Shown here piece after piece: positions 1 to 14,300 of a stretch of 64,000 bases of DNA. The translations under genes were made by a program, and so were the position numbers. Numbering within the stretch: the stretch's first letter is position 1; every line of letters starts with the position of its first letter. The notes beneath the pieces are model-generated. The model saw nothing but the letters and a program-made list of their open reading frames with translations, did not search any database and was not told the DNA's origin. Source of the DNA: Paraspadella gotoi (lineage: Eukaryota > Animalia > Chaetognatha); contig JBJCIZ010000239.1 in the NCBI GenBank assembly GCA_051294375.1, forward strand, positions 3,759,075 through 3,823,074, read 5' to 3'.

Positions 1-114
1 TTTCGTCAATCAATTTTATACACAAATCCATAAATCGATATCTTTAATATAAATCAATTACTCGGTTTTAAAACGTTTTTAACCGGTCCAACGCCGTCAA
101 ATTAAAAACCTTAC

Positions 115-1932
115 CGCCAATCGTCGAAATAGAGAAAAGCGGAGAGCGCCATCTGGACGACGAAGAGCAAGGCGGCGATTAGACCCGTGACCGTGAGACG
201 ATCAACGACGACGCCGAAGAATTTAAAGTCGACGCCGTTGAGGGTCGGCGTGATCACGTAGCCAAGGACGTTGCCCACCACCTTGTTTGGAAGGGACGGG
301 GGGTTTGGTTTTAAAATAAGTTAGATTAAATTTTGATTTAAACTTAATTAGTTTACTGGAGCTGTTGATAATTAATTATTATTAATAATTGTTACAAACA
401 TCCGCTTGTCAACCAAAACAACGGAGTTCTGCAAACAATATGTACTAAATTATTTTGTATATTACGTCAAGCTTTTCATTCAAGAGACACACACAACCTA
501 AATTAATGAAAATGTATATTATTCCCGTAACTATGAATTTCAATAAATAAGCTATTATGGCAACGGGGGGGGGACATGTGTGATGCCTGGGGTGTGAGGT
601 ATCTCCCGACAGCTGGCGCTCTGGGCTTTGGACCTGCAGTGATCACCCCATGTCACTGGCGTGTTTATGCCGACACCATCACACTTTAACCCAGCGAATT
701 TAGGATTCGCCACACTATCTTGCCCCCGACTTTGGACAAGCTATGGTGGGTTAAGGAGTCAAGACCTCTTACCATACAAGATAAAAACTTAACAGGACTC
801 TGCAAGCTTTAAAAATCAAGACCCTTAGTCTCTTACAACGTAGTTTATCAACACCAAGCGAGCCTGACATCCCTATGAATGAAATGTGTCAAATACATCT
901 GTACATACATATACATATACATATACATACATATGTATCGCTCCACAAGCTCCCCGCCTTCCCTTCAAACGTCCCGATGCCACAACCTGCATGATAAGCA
1001 CGTTGGTGATGACCCTCGTCCGATCGGCGAGGGATTCTTCGGTGGCGGCGGCGTCGACGGCCCCGGGATGGGCGTGGCACGGGGTCGGCGTCGGGGGTTT
1101 GTCGCCGGGGGCGGGAGTGGCGGCGGGAGTGGCGTACACGGAACCGTCGTCGTCGTCGTCTTCAAGGTCGTCGTCTTCAAGCTCCTCGTCCGAGTCGTCC
1201 GTCAAGGCGTCGGCCCGCGCCTTGGCCGCCGACGCCCGAGCGACGTCCGACAGCATCGCAGGTCGGGCGGCGGCGCCGGCGCCCGACAGAGCCCGACCGA
1301 AGAAGACCATCCATTTGTCGAAGGCGAGGAACCAGAGGGTAGAGCCAGCGATCTTTTTTGAGGAAGGGGGGGGGAAGAAAAGGTTATCAAGTTTTTCACC
1401 GAACCCATTCAGCCGTGCACGGACTTACTCACGCGCTCACTCACTCCCGCCCGCAATCACTCATTCGCTAACTCGCATACTCCACTCACTCACTTAGTCC
1501 GCTCACTTTTGGCCATGTGATATTAATTAACTAAACCCTTACCTTCAACCCCTATCCCGACGGAGTAAGTCAAACCGGCTCCCGCCCGCCCCCGGCCCCT
1601 TACCTTGAGTCCGCAGCCGAAAAGCAGGAGGCATTTGGCGGATCGACGCTCGTCGGCGACTTTCCCGAAGAGCGGGCTGAGAACGAAGGAAGAGAGACAG
1701 AAAACGGCGACGACGGCGCCTGGAAAAGTTGGGGGGGGGAGGGAGTTAAGGGGAGAATCGAAGAGGATTATTTATTAAGTTTTTTCTTTTATAACATTTT
1801 TCATAATATTTTAATAGATTCGATTTATTTATTACGAAGAATTCGTAACGATATATAATTCGAGAGTAAATTAAAACCGGTATTTATCGGGCAAATAAAA
1901 AGTGTAATTTATTGTATTATGATTCTCACCTA

Positions 1933-1963
<31 letters not shown>

Positions 1964-2331
1964 CTTAATTACCTCTATCAACATTATTATTTCATATTTC
2001 ACTGGTTTTATCATCTAAACCTCACTACCCCCCCCCCCACATTTTACTCACCCAAAAACCAATCGCCCTCGGGCAGCTCGAACCTCTTCTCCAGCAGCAG
2101 CCAGAGGGTAGGTATCACGAATCCCGACTCCAGTCCGTCCAGAAAGAAAAAAGCTCCTATGAGGGCGAAGGTGGATCGACGGCGTCTGTCGGCCGTGGAA
2201 GGGACTTTGTCGGCTTCGGAACCCTTTGCGTCGGTCAAGGCGGGCTCCGGCGGCGATGAAGCTGGGCTGACCGACGGCGGCCCGGAAGGTTCGGGCCTGC
2301 CCGACAAGAGTCGGGCGTTTTCGTCGGCCAT
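115..2331 (-). CDS. MFSD8: MFSD8/CLN7-like MFS transporter, paralogue 1 (5' part; continues beyond the left edge)
   Basis: In-phase GT-AG exons 2331-2052 (MADENARLL...STFALIGAFFFLDGLESGFVIPTLWLLL), 1719-1604 (SFVLSPLFGKVADERRSAK, MFS motif A-like), 1352-987 (KWMVFFGRALSGAG...LSDVAR plus an acidic insert), 281-115 (GNVLGYVITP...LYFDD). N-terminal ExxxLL motif. Homologous to the two MFS genes at 31.9-44.6 kb. Confidence 0.85.
556..714. mobile_element. Short element TATGGCAA...TCGCCACA with 4-bp TSD (solo-LTR- or MITE-like), nested in another repeat
   Basis: CTAT duplicated at 552-555 and 715-718. Removing the element restores AAGCTATCTTGCCC, as seen in other copies of the host repeat. Longer copies at 34547-34789 and 36051-36330. 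Confidence 0.8.
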
Positions 2332-2600
2332 TTGGCGATCCCGGAGTTGAATACGCTCCGGAGGCTTATGGGAAAACGAAGAGAAAAAAGAAAAAAAAAA
2401 ATAAAGCTCGTTTCTCTACGGAAAAAAAAAAAATTTAAGACCGTAACAACAATGATATTAAAAACGAGTTACGGATTTTTTTAAAATTCTTTAAAAATGT
2501 TTTTTTTAATATTAGTAATTGTAATATTTTTTTTATTGCCTTTGATAGATATTTACAAAGTAACAGTTTTTGTTAGTGATTATCACGTTCATTTAATAAT

Positions 2601-2644
2601 TCGGATATGTTTTGGTTCTTGTTTTTCGAACCTTCATCAGCTAG
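2601..2644 (-). ncRNA. Degenerate minimal hammerhead ribozyme motif
   Basis: Minus strand: CTGATGA-A-GGTTC-loop-GAACC-AAAAC-ATATC. Stem II is intact, but GAAA is AAAA and the cleavage region is mutated. Confidence 0.45.
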
Positions 2645-3173
2645 TTTTAATAGTTTTAATAAATATTTGGATACTAACTTTGAGAGGCAATTTTAACCGG
2701 CCATTTCATAGAGGGTGCGTTATTGTTTCTTTAGCGAAGAGGGAAAGAGATTTTTGTTTTTAAATCTTGTTTTTGTTTTTGTTTTGTTTATAATTTGTTT
2801 AATTTAATTTCCACGTTGTAAAAACGATATCCAACCTTATCGTAACAGCTTTTTTTTTCTTATCCAAGTTTTTTTGGTCACATTTTGTCAACTTCTTAGT
2901 TTCCAGTCTATCCAGTTTCTTTCCTTTCAAAAAGGGAAAAAGTTAAGATCGAGGTTAACAAAAGGTTTTTTTGTTCATATTACCTTTTCTTATATCCAGC
3001 CGAGTTTCTCGATTGTTTTAATTCTTAATTTTAAAATACATTAATTTGTTTTAATTTATATTTTTTTTCTCTCATCTCGTAGAGAAGGAAAAAACTCGTC
3101 GATCGGTTTATAGTCAAAGAGATAATTGGCTTTTAACGCCCAGTCCCTGGTGGAGTCTCTTTTTGGTCGATGC

Positions 3174-3226
<53 letters not shown>

Positions 3227-5266
3227 TCCCCTACTGTTTTTGACCTATCAAAGAGCCATCCACGAAGTGTCGTTAAGCTAATTTTTGGCATAAAGAGACG
3301 ATAATCACGAGAAGCTACAGATTAGCCTTTTGTTTTTTTTAATTATCCCATTTCAAAACTTAATAATGATGATTGTCATTTGAAAATCAAAATGGTTGGA
3401 AAATCGCCAACGATTATGTTTTCTCCAGACGATAAATAAAAATTTGATTACGAGTTTTTTTTTCCGCCCGCAGTTTGAAAAAAAAAGGAAAGAAAGTTTA
3501 AAATCGGGATTTTTTTTTAGGCAAAACGAAGAATTAGTTCACGGTTGACGTCGACGACGACGACGACGACGACGACATCATAGTTGTCCGGCAAAACCGG
3601 TTTTCCAAAATTCGGGCGGTCTTGATTAGAGAGACATTGAAGACGTTCAACTTTTTTTTTTACTTCAGGGCGGACGTGATATCTGAATCTGATCCGAAGG
3701 AAAAAAGATCAGAATCTTGTAAGAAATTAACAACATTTGTTGCTTTTTAATTTCTTTTTTTTAATTTTTTAATTTTTTAAAATTTTTTTTTACGCAGAGG
3801 CGTATCCTCGTTTTTCCCCGTTGCGTGAGATACTATAACTTTTTAATTTTTGGGCCGGTGCCAGGATTTTAGAGAGAGAGAGAGAGAGAGAGAGAATGCG
3901 AGTAAGATCCTGCTCCCCACGTTGTCTAAACAACTCGTAACGACTATATTAAATGCCAACCATTATGGGAGACTGGGCAAAACCTAAAAGTACTCTGTTT
4001 CCGTTCAAAAGTATTTCTTTTTCCTGTCTATGTAAAGTTTTTTTGATTGGTTGTTTTTACGTTACGTTAGGTACCGGCAATTCGATTAAATTTTGTCATT
4101 TAATTATTTTTATTCCATATCACTTTTTATCGTATCTCAATAAATCTGTTATTTTTTAGTTTACTATTTTAGTTTTTCATATGGTTATGAATCAAACCAT
4201 TTAGCCGGACCGACCGAAAAGATTTCTCTCACAGGAAGCCGGACCCGGATTCGTCGTTTTTCCAAAATCCGTCATAATCTCTTTAAATCTCTTTAACTTT
4301 TATTGATAAACTTGACTGGAAAAAGGCGATGGGCTGTGGGCGCATATGAATTAAGGAAATCCTTGAGTACGAGAATATATATTTAATTGGTGGGTCTTTC
4401 AGTCGGGGGAAGATTTAAGCTGATTTGGGATATAGAAACTATTTTAACTCTTTAAACATGTTTACGCATGTTTTGTTCACAAAAAAAAGGTTATTAGCGT
4501 AAGGCTAGTAAAATAAAGAACAAAAAAGTAATCGGCAATAGTAGAATTTGGAAATTAATCTTGAATAAGTCTTCTGTTAATCATTTAATCAGTGATTTCA
4601 ATCAATCATTCAATCAAATAAAATACAATATATTCAAATTAATCAAATCAATGAAATTAATCAAACAATCAAATCACTCAAATCAAATCAATTCAAATCA
4701 ATCTATTAAGTCAAATCATTTCAATAAAATAAATTCATTGAATTAATAAATAAATGAATATTAATAATTTGCTCCTAACATCTCATAACAAAAAAATAAA
4801 TACCCTTTTATTTTTCCGCGGTCATTTACCCTCCGTTCATTGGAGAATTGGGGACAAGAGAGAGCATCGGTGGGCGTGGCGACAATTTTAAAGCAGGTGT
4901 TGTGCGCGGGACGACGACGACGACGACGACGACGACGACCTTTGGGGCGTTTACCGTTTTTTTTTTGCGAGCAAGAAAAAAGTGCAACTAACCCGTCGTC
5001 AAAATTCTATTGCAATTGCTGCCATGGACGTCATCGACAAGCAACACCGAATAATCTCACAAAAATCACACGCCACTTGAAAAATGAAAGGGGCTGCTGA
5101 AAAAGAAGTGTAATGCTTCAAATGTAATACTTAAATGGCTAATACATAGTTTGATACAGTCCTCGAATCTTTTCGCTTTGATCAATGCTGCAAATACCGC
5201 TAATTCATGTCGCTTGACAGATGAACGAAGGTGATCGGATGCTGAAAGATAAATTCAGGTTCGCTG

Positions 5267-5267
<1 letters not shown>

Positions 5268-5365
<98 letters not shown>

Positions 5366-5452
5366 CAAGATCGAGCAGCGAATTGTTTTTCGCGAGAGCG
5401 TTTTTGAATTTTTTTTTTTTTTCAAACAACCACTTTCGCTGTTGAAAGGGAT

Positions 5453-5528
<76 letters not shown>
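5268..5528. repeat. (CT)n and (GA)n microsatellites in opposite orientation
   Basis: About 90 bp of CT repeat, then about 75 bp of GA repeat. Similar tracts near 3175, 26938, 27620, 32572 and 49620. Confidence 0.95.
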
Positions 5529-5530
<2 letters not shown>

Positions 5531-6891
5531 ACCCTTTATCTCACGACAACTGCTCCTCATCTTCCTCATCTTTCTCTCGGATCTCAAATCCTCTTCTCTC
5601 TTCGCAACGAAGATCATTGCATTCACTGCTCCCCCCCCCTCGCCCCCCCCCCCGCCCACTCTCCCCATCTCTCCCCCCCCCCCTCCGCCCAACCGCTCGT
5701 CCCTTTCTGTCCAACTCGTCGTCGTGATGTCGTTTCCCGGTTGAGAAGCTTCTCTCTCTCTTTTTTTTCTGTCGGCGGCCGATTTACATTCGTGGAGTTT
5801 TTTTTTTTTGAATCGATCAAGAGACTTTACCGGTAAATTAAAAAAATATTGATAAATAAAAACGATAAAATCTCTTAAATTTTACTACGTTGCTATAAGA
5901 CTTTTTTCGATATGTAGCGCGCGTCTTTTGAAGGAAAAAAAAAACATAACATGTAACTAATGTAGCAGATTCATTTGTGGATTATCTAAAATGAGATTGA
6001 GTTCCTATATCTCATTTGCATATTGTCGTATTCTGATTAAGCTTTGATAATTTTTTGTTCTATTGACCTAAAGGTTTAATATTAATATTTTATATTAGTA
6101 AATAATCAAAGATTTTTCATAAACTAATTACACAAAAATATCAACTAATTATCAAATTTATCTATTTTTCACGACGATCAACCGGATCGAGTCCATTCTT
6201 GGCTGAAAATTAAAGCGCGCGATTCGCCTTTCAAATTGCTTCAATACGTAATGCTTGAATTCGGTGCGCATTGCTTTTGATCAGTCAAAGGATTTCGTTC
6301 GTTTGATTGATGCAAAAATAATGAAAATAAATAAATATGTGAATTAAAAAAATAAACAAAGAAATAAACAAAGAAATTTTAAAAAAATAAAAAAATAAAT
6401 ATATAAAAATATTTAAAAAAAAAATCTCATTCTTTACTTTCGAAAATGCAGTATATAAACATAATGTAAATATAAACGTATAACAGCGAAACAAAATTAA
6501 AAATAAGAAAAAAAGTTACTTTTTTTTTTGGAGGAAACCGTTTTACTTTTGGTATAATCTAATGTTTTCCCGTTGTCTTCTATTCTATTTTGGGGATAGT
6601 TTTTTTTTGTGAATTTTTAGGTAAAAATAGTTTTAAAGCGATTCATCGATACAGGGTCTTTTTGTAATTTGTTGGAACAGCGAAAAGAATAGCGACAAAA
6701 ATTACTTCTCATCAAATTTACATTTTAATTTATTCTATTACTAGTATATCGTATTAATTATGTTTTTAACGTTCACCCTACGTTTCCCTTTTTTTTTCTT
6801 TTTTTCCCTCCGCTAGAGGTCGCGGAGGACCTCGCCGCGTCGGAGGCGCGTCCGCCCCGCCCAGAAAACTCCGAAATCGATCGAATCCAAG

Positions 6892-8256
6892 ATGGCGTCG
6901 CTCGGATTCCAGGTCAAGATTCAAATCTTCCGCGATGGACTCATGACCCCGTGGGGGTTCAGGCTCGCGGGGGGAAAGGACTTCAACGCCCCGCTCATTA
7001 TTCAAAGGGTGAGAGAGGGTTGGGGGGGGGGAAAGGGTAGCTGGGGGTGAAAGGGTATCTAGGCTCAGAACTGGTAACGTACCGGGTTTTCGAGCTCTTT
7101 CTGGACTAAACCCGCGCCTTTATTAGGAGAGAACAGTTAACTGTTAACAGTTAACTGTTAAACCAACAACGTTTCAGAATCTTCTTTATTTTCGCTTTTC
7201 GTAGATATCAAAACAATTGCTGCCAAAAAAATGACGGGAAAATAACGTAATTACCACTTCGGGGAATCAGTCAATTTGTGATTACTCTGAGGAATAAAAA
7301 GTATACTTAAATAAATTTCATACTGGAAATAGTTAAGCTCGAAAACTCGGTATAAAAGCGACATAGTATTTTGCGTTCTCAAGACGAAACTCCTAATTCT
7401 TTCCAAGTGAGAAAATGTAAATGATTACAATATAGTGGAATCCTACGTCTGTGTGCTCGTTAAATTACATTATGTCAACTTCGTTTTATTATTTACAGGC
7501 CAATCGTTAAAATTTTTATTATTTTTTAACTTTTTTTGGCGCCCGTTCTCTAAACTAAAAAAAAATAAACGGATCCAATCGCGAGAAATATGCGGTTAAA
7601 GTATCTCACGAACGTGATTATTTTCGAAACGCGAATGTAAAAATAAAATTTTATAAATCTTTTTCAAAATTTTTCGGTTTTAAGTATCGATCCCTCAGGG
7701 GAAAAAAAAAGAACATCGATCCATTTCGAGCTTTGATGAAACGAGAGAAGATGATGTATTAATTATATGTTTAATAAATATAATCTATATTATATATTTG
7801 GATTTATCGTTTATTTAACTAAATTCCTAAATAAAAGAATGAAGATTGTAGAGAATGTTATGATTTAATAATAAAGTTAATAAAAAATGTTTTAAAAAGC
7901 TTTCTCGTCTTATCATTGGAATTGATTTGAAAGACGAATGCGGAAAGTAAGGAATTACATTAATTAATTAATAATTACATTAATTTCTTTGGCGCAAACG
8001 TAAACAAACAAAAGCCGGTAAAAATGAGATTAATGATGCTCTGATTCTCGGATTGTGATGAATTAGAAATGAAGGTTAAATCAATAAAATCAAGAGAGAT
8101 AGAAAGAAAGAGAGAAAGAGAGAGAAAGAGAGAGAAATAAAAAATGAAAGAAAAAAGAATGAAAAAAAAAATAAAGAAAGAATCAAACATTTTTTTCATC
8201 CTAATGAAGAAAGAAAAAAATAATAAATAAATAAATAAATAAATACATAAATAAAT

Positions 8257-8336
<80 letters not shown>

Positions 8337-11300
8337 TAAGAAAGAATTTTTCTTTTATGATATACTTTTTTTTTAAATAATTTTTTTTCCCATTTTTTTT
8401 AAAACATAACGTAAACTCTATGCCAAGTATTTCTATTTGTATAAAATATTTTAAATGGCCTGGGACGACGACCAGCGGCGGTTATTGTTTTGTTTATCTT
8501 TAACGGGATCATAAACTGCCACTCCAGCTATTTTTTTTTTTCAGCAAAGAGAATAATTATTTCAAATCAAAACAAATAAGACGCGATGTACAGTCTCGTA
8601 GAAAAAACTATGCAGTTAAAAAAAAATTTCAGTATTGATTTTTTCATTTTTTATTGGTTCTCATCCGAGGGCATTACTCCCTGAATGTTATGTAGAAAAA
8701 TTAATGCAAAATCTCTTAAAGCTCTCAAGATACAGTTAAATACATAAATGCTGACAGAATTCAAACTAAAAAGAAGATTGGTTTATTCTTTAACATGTGA
8801 ACAACATATTCTCTTAAAAAACAATGCAATCGGAATCTCCTCTGTTTAAGCTGTCGTTTGATATCAAAAACTTCAAACATTTGTCTGTCCATATGTTCGT
8901 CTGTCCATCCTTTCTCCAGTACCTTTAAAGTCTTATTACTTATGTTTGGATGAATCAATTGAGTTGAATTTTTGTCTGTGATTAAAAAACTAGTTCATTG
9001 AGCTGGAATTCAAGTTTCAATGGAATCAAGCTAGTAGAAGTAGGTTTTAATAAAAAAAGTAAAGATCAATTTTAATTTATTAATTTAATTTGTATTTTTT
9101 AATATTATTTTTAGATGCGCCGAGATTAAGAGCCACGCAAGTCTATCAAAAACTTTTTTTATTTTCGTTATATACGGTCGATTTTTATTTGACCTAAAGC
9201 TAATCTTCAATTTATATTTACTACAGTACCGGAAACCTAGAATGTCGTAAATCTGTACATGGGATAACTTTTCCATTTATAGGATAAATGGTTCTACATG
9301 AGTTTCGTCAATGTCAAGCCTAACCTAGGCCCTTGTTCAATCCCTCGGGAGCCACAGTCCCGCCGTGGGACACCCCTTGGCCCTTCAAATGCCGCAGACC
9401 CGCCATGGGACACCGCTCGGCCTCTCAGTGAGTCGAGAGTCCCGCGACCCCCATTGACAAATGTTTTCACATGCGGACAACCAAGAGCGGTACTTAGGCT
9501 CAGAGAAAGAACTTCCCCTTACCCAGACGTGCCCGTAGAGAGTAGTCGAGTCGACTCTCGGACCCGAACTACCCAATGGTTCGACGCATGCATTACCGGT
9601 GATTTGAGCCGCAGTCCCGCGTGGGACACCGCTCGGCCCTTCTTGCGTGATCGACAAGCCGGTGGCCTGGCGATCACGAGGGTCCCGTGACCCCCATTGA
9701 CAAATATTTTCACACGCGGACAACCAAGAGCGGTACTTAGGCTCGGAGAAAGAACTTCCCTTACCTAGACTTGCCCGTAGAGAGTAGTCGAGTCGACTCC
9801 CGAACCCTAACTACCAATGGTTCAACGCGTGTATTATCGACGATTTGGAAGCCGCAGTCCCGCCGTGGGACACCGCTCGGCCCCATGCGTAATTGGACCA
9901 GACCGTGGCCTGGCGATCACGAGGGTCCCGCGACCCCCATTGAGAAATGTTTTCACACGCGGACAACCAAGAGCGGTACTTAGGCTCAGAGAAAGAACTT
10001 CCCCTTACCCAGACGTGCCCGTAGAGAGTAGTCGAGTCGACTCTCGGGACCCGAACTACCCAATGGTTCGACGCATGCATTACCGGGATTTGAAGCCGCA
10101 GTCCCGCCGTGGGACACCGCTCGGCCCCTTCTTGCGTGATCGGACAAGCCCGGTGGCCTGGCGATCACGAGGGTACCGTGACCCCCATTGAAAATTTTTC
10201 ACACGCGGACAACCAAGAGCGGTACTTAGGCTCGGAGAAAGAACTTCCCTTTACCCTAGACTTGCCCGTAGAGAGTAGTCGAGTCGACTCCCGGAACCCT
10301 AACTACCAATGGTTCAACGCGTGTATTACGACGATATGGAAGCTCAGTCCCGCCGTGGACACCGCTCGGCCCCATGCGTAATTGGACCAGACGTGGGCCT
10401 GGCGATCACGAGGGTCCCGCGACCCCCATTGAGAAATGTTTTCACACGCGGACAACCAAGAGCGGTACTTAGGCTCAGAGAAAGAACTTCCCTTACCCAG
10501 ACGTGCCCGTAGAGAGTAGTCGAGTCGACTCTCGGACCCGAACTACCCAATGGTTCGACGCTGATTACCGGTGATTTGAAGCCGCAGTCCGCCGTGGGAC
10601 ACCGCTCGGCCCCTTCTTGCGTGATGGACAAGCCCGGTGGCCTGGCGATCACGAGGGTCCGCGACCCCATTGAGAAATGTTTTCGCACGCGGACAACCAA
10701 GAGCGGTACTTAGGCTCAGAGAAAGAACTTCCCCTTACCAGACGTGCCCGTAGAGAGTAGTCGAGTCGACTCTCGGACCCGAACTACCCAATGGTTCGAC
10801 GCGTGTATTACCGACGATTTGGAAGCCGCAGTCCCGCCGTGGGACACCGCTCGGCCCCTTGCGTAATTGGACCAGACCGAGGCCTGGAGATCACGAGGGT
10901 CCCGCGACCCCCATTGCAAATGTTTTCACACGCGGACAACCAAGAGCGGTACTTAGGCTCAGAGAAAGAACTTCCCCTTACCCAGACGTGCCCGTAGAGA
11001 GTAGTCGAGTCGACTCTTGGGACCCGAACTACCCAATGGTTCGACGCGTGTATAACCGACGATTTGGAAGCGCAGTCCCGCCGTGGGACACCGCTCGGCC
11101 TCTTGCGTAATTGGACCAGACCGTGGGCCTGGCGATCACGAGGGTCCGCGACCCGCATTGAGAAATGTTTCACACGCGGACAACCAAGAGCGGTACTTAG
11201 GCTCAGAGAAAGAACTTCCCCTTACCCAGACGTGCCCGTAGAGAGTAGTCGAGTCGACTCTCGGACCCGAACTACCCAATGGTTCGACGCATGCATTACC

Positions 11301-14300
11301 GGTGATTTTGAAGCCGCAGTCCCGCCGTGGGACACCGCTCGGCCCCTTCTTGCGTGATCGGACAAGCCCGGTGGCCTGGCGATCACGAGGGTCCCGCGAC
11401 CCATTGAGAAATGTTTTCACACGCGGACAACCAAGAGCGGTACTTAGGCTCAGAGAAAGAACTTCCCCTTACCCAGACGTGCCCGTAGAGAGTAGTCGAG
11501 TCGACTCTCGGGACCCGAACTACCCAATGGTTCGACGCGTGTATTACCGACGATTTGGAAGCCGCAGTCCGCCGTGGGACACCGCTCGGCCCCTTGCGTA
11601 ATTGGACCAGACCGTGGCCTGGCGATCACGAGGGTCCCGCGACCCCCATTGAGAAATGTTTTACACGCGGACAACCAAGAGCGGTTACTTAGCTCAGAGA
11701 AAGAACTTCCCCTTACCCAGACGTGCCCGTAGAGAGTAGTCGAGTCGACTCTTGGGACCCCGAACTACCAATGGTTCGACGCATGCATTACCGGTGATTT
11801 GAAGCCGCAGTCCCGCCGTGGGACACCGCTCGGCCCCTTTTGCGTGATTGGACAAGCCGGTGGCCCTGGCGATCACGAGGGTCCCGCGACCCCCATTGAG
11901 AAATGTTTTCCACGCGGACAACCAAGAGCGGTACTTAGGCTCAGAGAAAGAACTTCCCCTTACCCAGACGTGCCCGTAGAGAGTAGTCGAGTCACTCTGG
12001 GACCCGAACTACCCAATGGTTCGACGCGTGTATTACGACGATTTGGAAGCCGCAGTCCCGCCGTGGGACACCGCTCGGCCCCTTGCGTAATTGAACCAGA
12101 CCGTGGCCTGCGATCACGAGGGTCCCGCGACCCCATTGAGAAATGTTTTCACACGCGGACAACCAAGAGCGGTACTTAGGCTCAGAGAAAGAACTTCCCC
12201 TTACCCAGACGTGCCCGTAGAGAGTAGTCGAGTCGACTCTCGGGACCCGAACTACCCAATGGTTCGACGCTGATTACCGGTGATTTGAAGCCGCAGTCCC
12301 GCGTGGGACACCGCTCGGCCCCTTCTTGCGTGATTGACAAGCCGGTGCCCGGCGATCACGAGGGGTCCCGCGACCCCCATTAGAAATGTTTTCCACGGCG
12401 GACAACCAAGGCGGTACTTAGGCTCAGAGAAAGAACTTCCCCTTACCAGACGTGCCCGTAGAGAGTAGTCGAGTCGACTCTCGGGACCCGAACTACCCAA
12501 TGGTTCGACGCTGTCATTACCGACGATTTGGAAGCCGCAGTCCCGCCGTGGGACACCGCTCGGCCCCTTGCGTAATTGAACCAGACCGTGGGCCTGCGAT
12601 CACGAGGGTCCCGCGACCCCCATTGAGAAATGTTTTCACACGCGGACAACCAAGAGCGGTACTTAGGCTCAGAGAAAGAACTTCCCCTTACCCAGACGTG
12701 CCCGTAGAGAGTAGTCGAGTCGACTCTCGGACCCGAACTACCCAATGGTTCGACGCTGATTACCGGGATTTGAAGCCGCAGTCCGCCGTGGGACACCGCT
12801 CGGCCCCTTCTTGCGTATGGACAAGCCCGGTGGGCCTGGCGATCACGAGGGTCCGCGACCCCATTGAGAAATGTTTTCGCACGCGGACAACCAAGAGCGG
12901 TACTTAGGCTCAGAGAAAGACTTCCCCTACCCAGACGTGCCCGTAGAGAGTAGTCGAGTGACTCTCGGACCCGAACTACCCAATGGTTCGACGCATGCAT
13001 TACCGGTGATTTGAAGCCGCAGTCCCGCCGTGGGACACCGCTCGCCCCTTCTTGCGTGATCGGACAAGCCCGGTGGCCTGGCGATCACGAGGGTCCCGGC
13101 GACCCCCATTGAGAAATGTTTTTCACACGCGGACAACCAAGAGCGGGTACTTAGGCTCAGAGAAAGACTTCCCCTTACCCAGACGTGCCCGTAGAGAGTA
13201 GTCGAGTCGACTCTCGGGACCCGAACTACCCAATGGTTCGACGCGTGTATTACCGACGATTTGGAAGCCGCAGTCCCGCCGTGGGACCGCTCGGCCCCTT
13301 GCTTAATTGGACCAGCCGTGGGCCTGGCGATCACGAGGGTCCCGCGACCCCCATTGAGAAATGTTTTCACACGCGGACAACCAAGAGCTACTTAGGCTCA
13401 GAGAAAGAACTTCCCTTACCCAGACGTGCCCGTAGAGAGTAGTCGAGTCGACTCCCGGACCCGAANNNNNNNNNNNNNNNNNNNNNNNNNTTTCAAAATA
13501 CAAAATTATTTCTCAAGTTCCTTATTTATAATTCTCCATGAGACAAATGTTTTTTTCGAAAATTTAAATATTCAACTTTTTAATTAATTAAAAATCATTT
13601 TAGTATACTAAATTTTAAAATATTTTTATAAAAATTTATACCTAAAGTTCAAAGAAGATGCTTTTCCCAAAAATGTCTCTTAGATCTTTCTTAAAACGCC
13701 AAACAGGTCACAGCCACAAAATGAATACAAAAACTAGAAAAAAGCAATATTGTTTTGTCATTCTGATTTAGAGATATTTGGTTGATTGTTATGCCTTAAA
13801 TTTCCTTTAAATGAAAAAATAATAGGTTTAAAAGATAGCTCTTGATCTCTAGTTGTAAATTGAGTTTGAATATAACTTTTTTTAATCAACAAGTTTAACC
13901 CAGATTAATTACAATGACGATGGTATGAAATTTTGTCACCGTTTTAAGCTACTTTTAGCCTGATTTTTTACATATTTTGATTATCTTTGCGATCTTACTG
14001 ATTAAAAACAGTCATGGTAAAAAAAGCCTATGTTCTTTCGAATATAAGGCATATGTTAGTAATCAGACAGAGTAAAAATTTTGGTCACAAGATAAAGAAT
14101 TTTGCATGAGAAGAGCGTGAATAAAATTTTCCACGAGACTGTGCACCGCGACATAACGCGTTTTCACTGGGTCACTCTTTCTTTTTTAAACCAAAGAATA
14201 AAGAAAAAAAAAACCGAAAAAAGAAGTACAATATACAGCACTTGGTACAATCAATATAATATTTAATTTATTCAATAAATAAGCTATCTTGCCACTTCAA

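Noticed and set aside
1543-1603. Second strong donor (GAAG|GTAAGG) 61 nt into an MFS paralogue 1 intron
   Set aside because: Using it would shift the frame, and nothing in the sequence shows it is used.
5205-5744. ORFs of ERERER/SLSLSL type (also at 26888, 49573, 50003, 57243 and 62974)
   Set aside because: Translations of GA/CT microsatellites.
9350-13465. CRISPR array, or 5S/tRNA/SL-RNA gene array
   Set aside because: No unique spacers and no cas genes in a eukaryotic context. GGTTCGA is present, but I could not recognise a cloverleaf, 5S sequence or Sm site.
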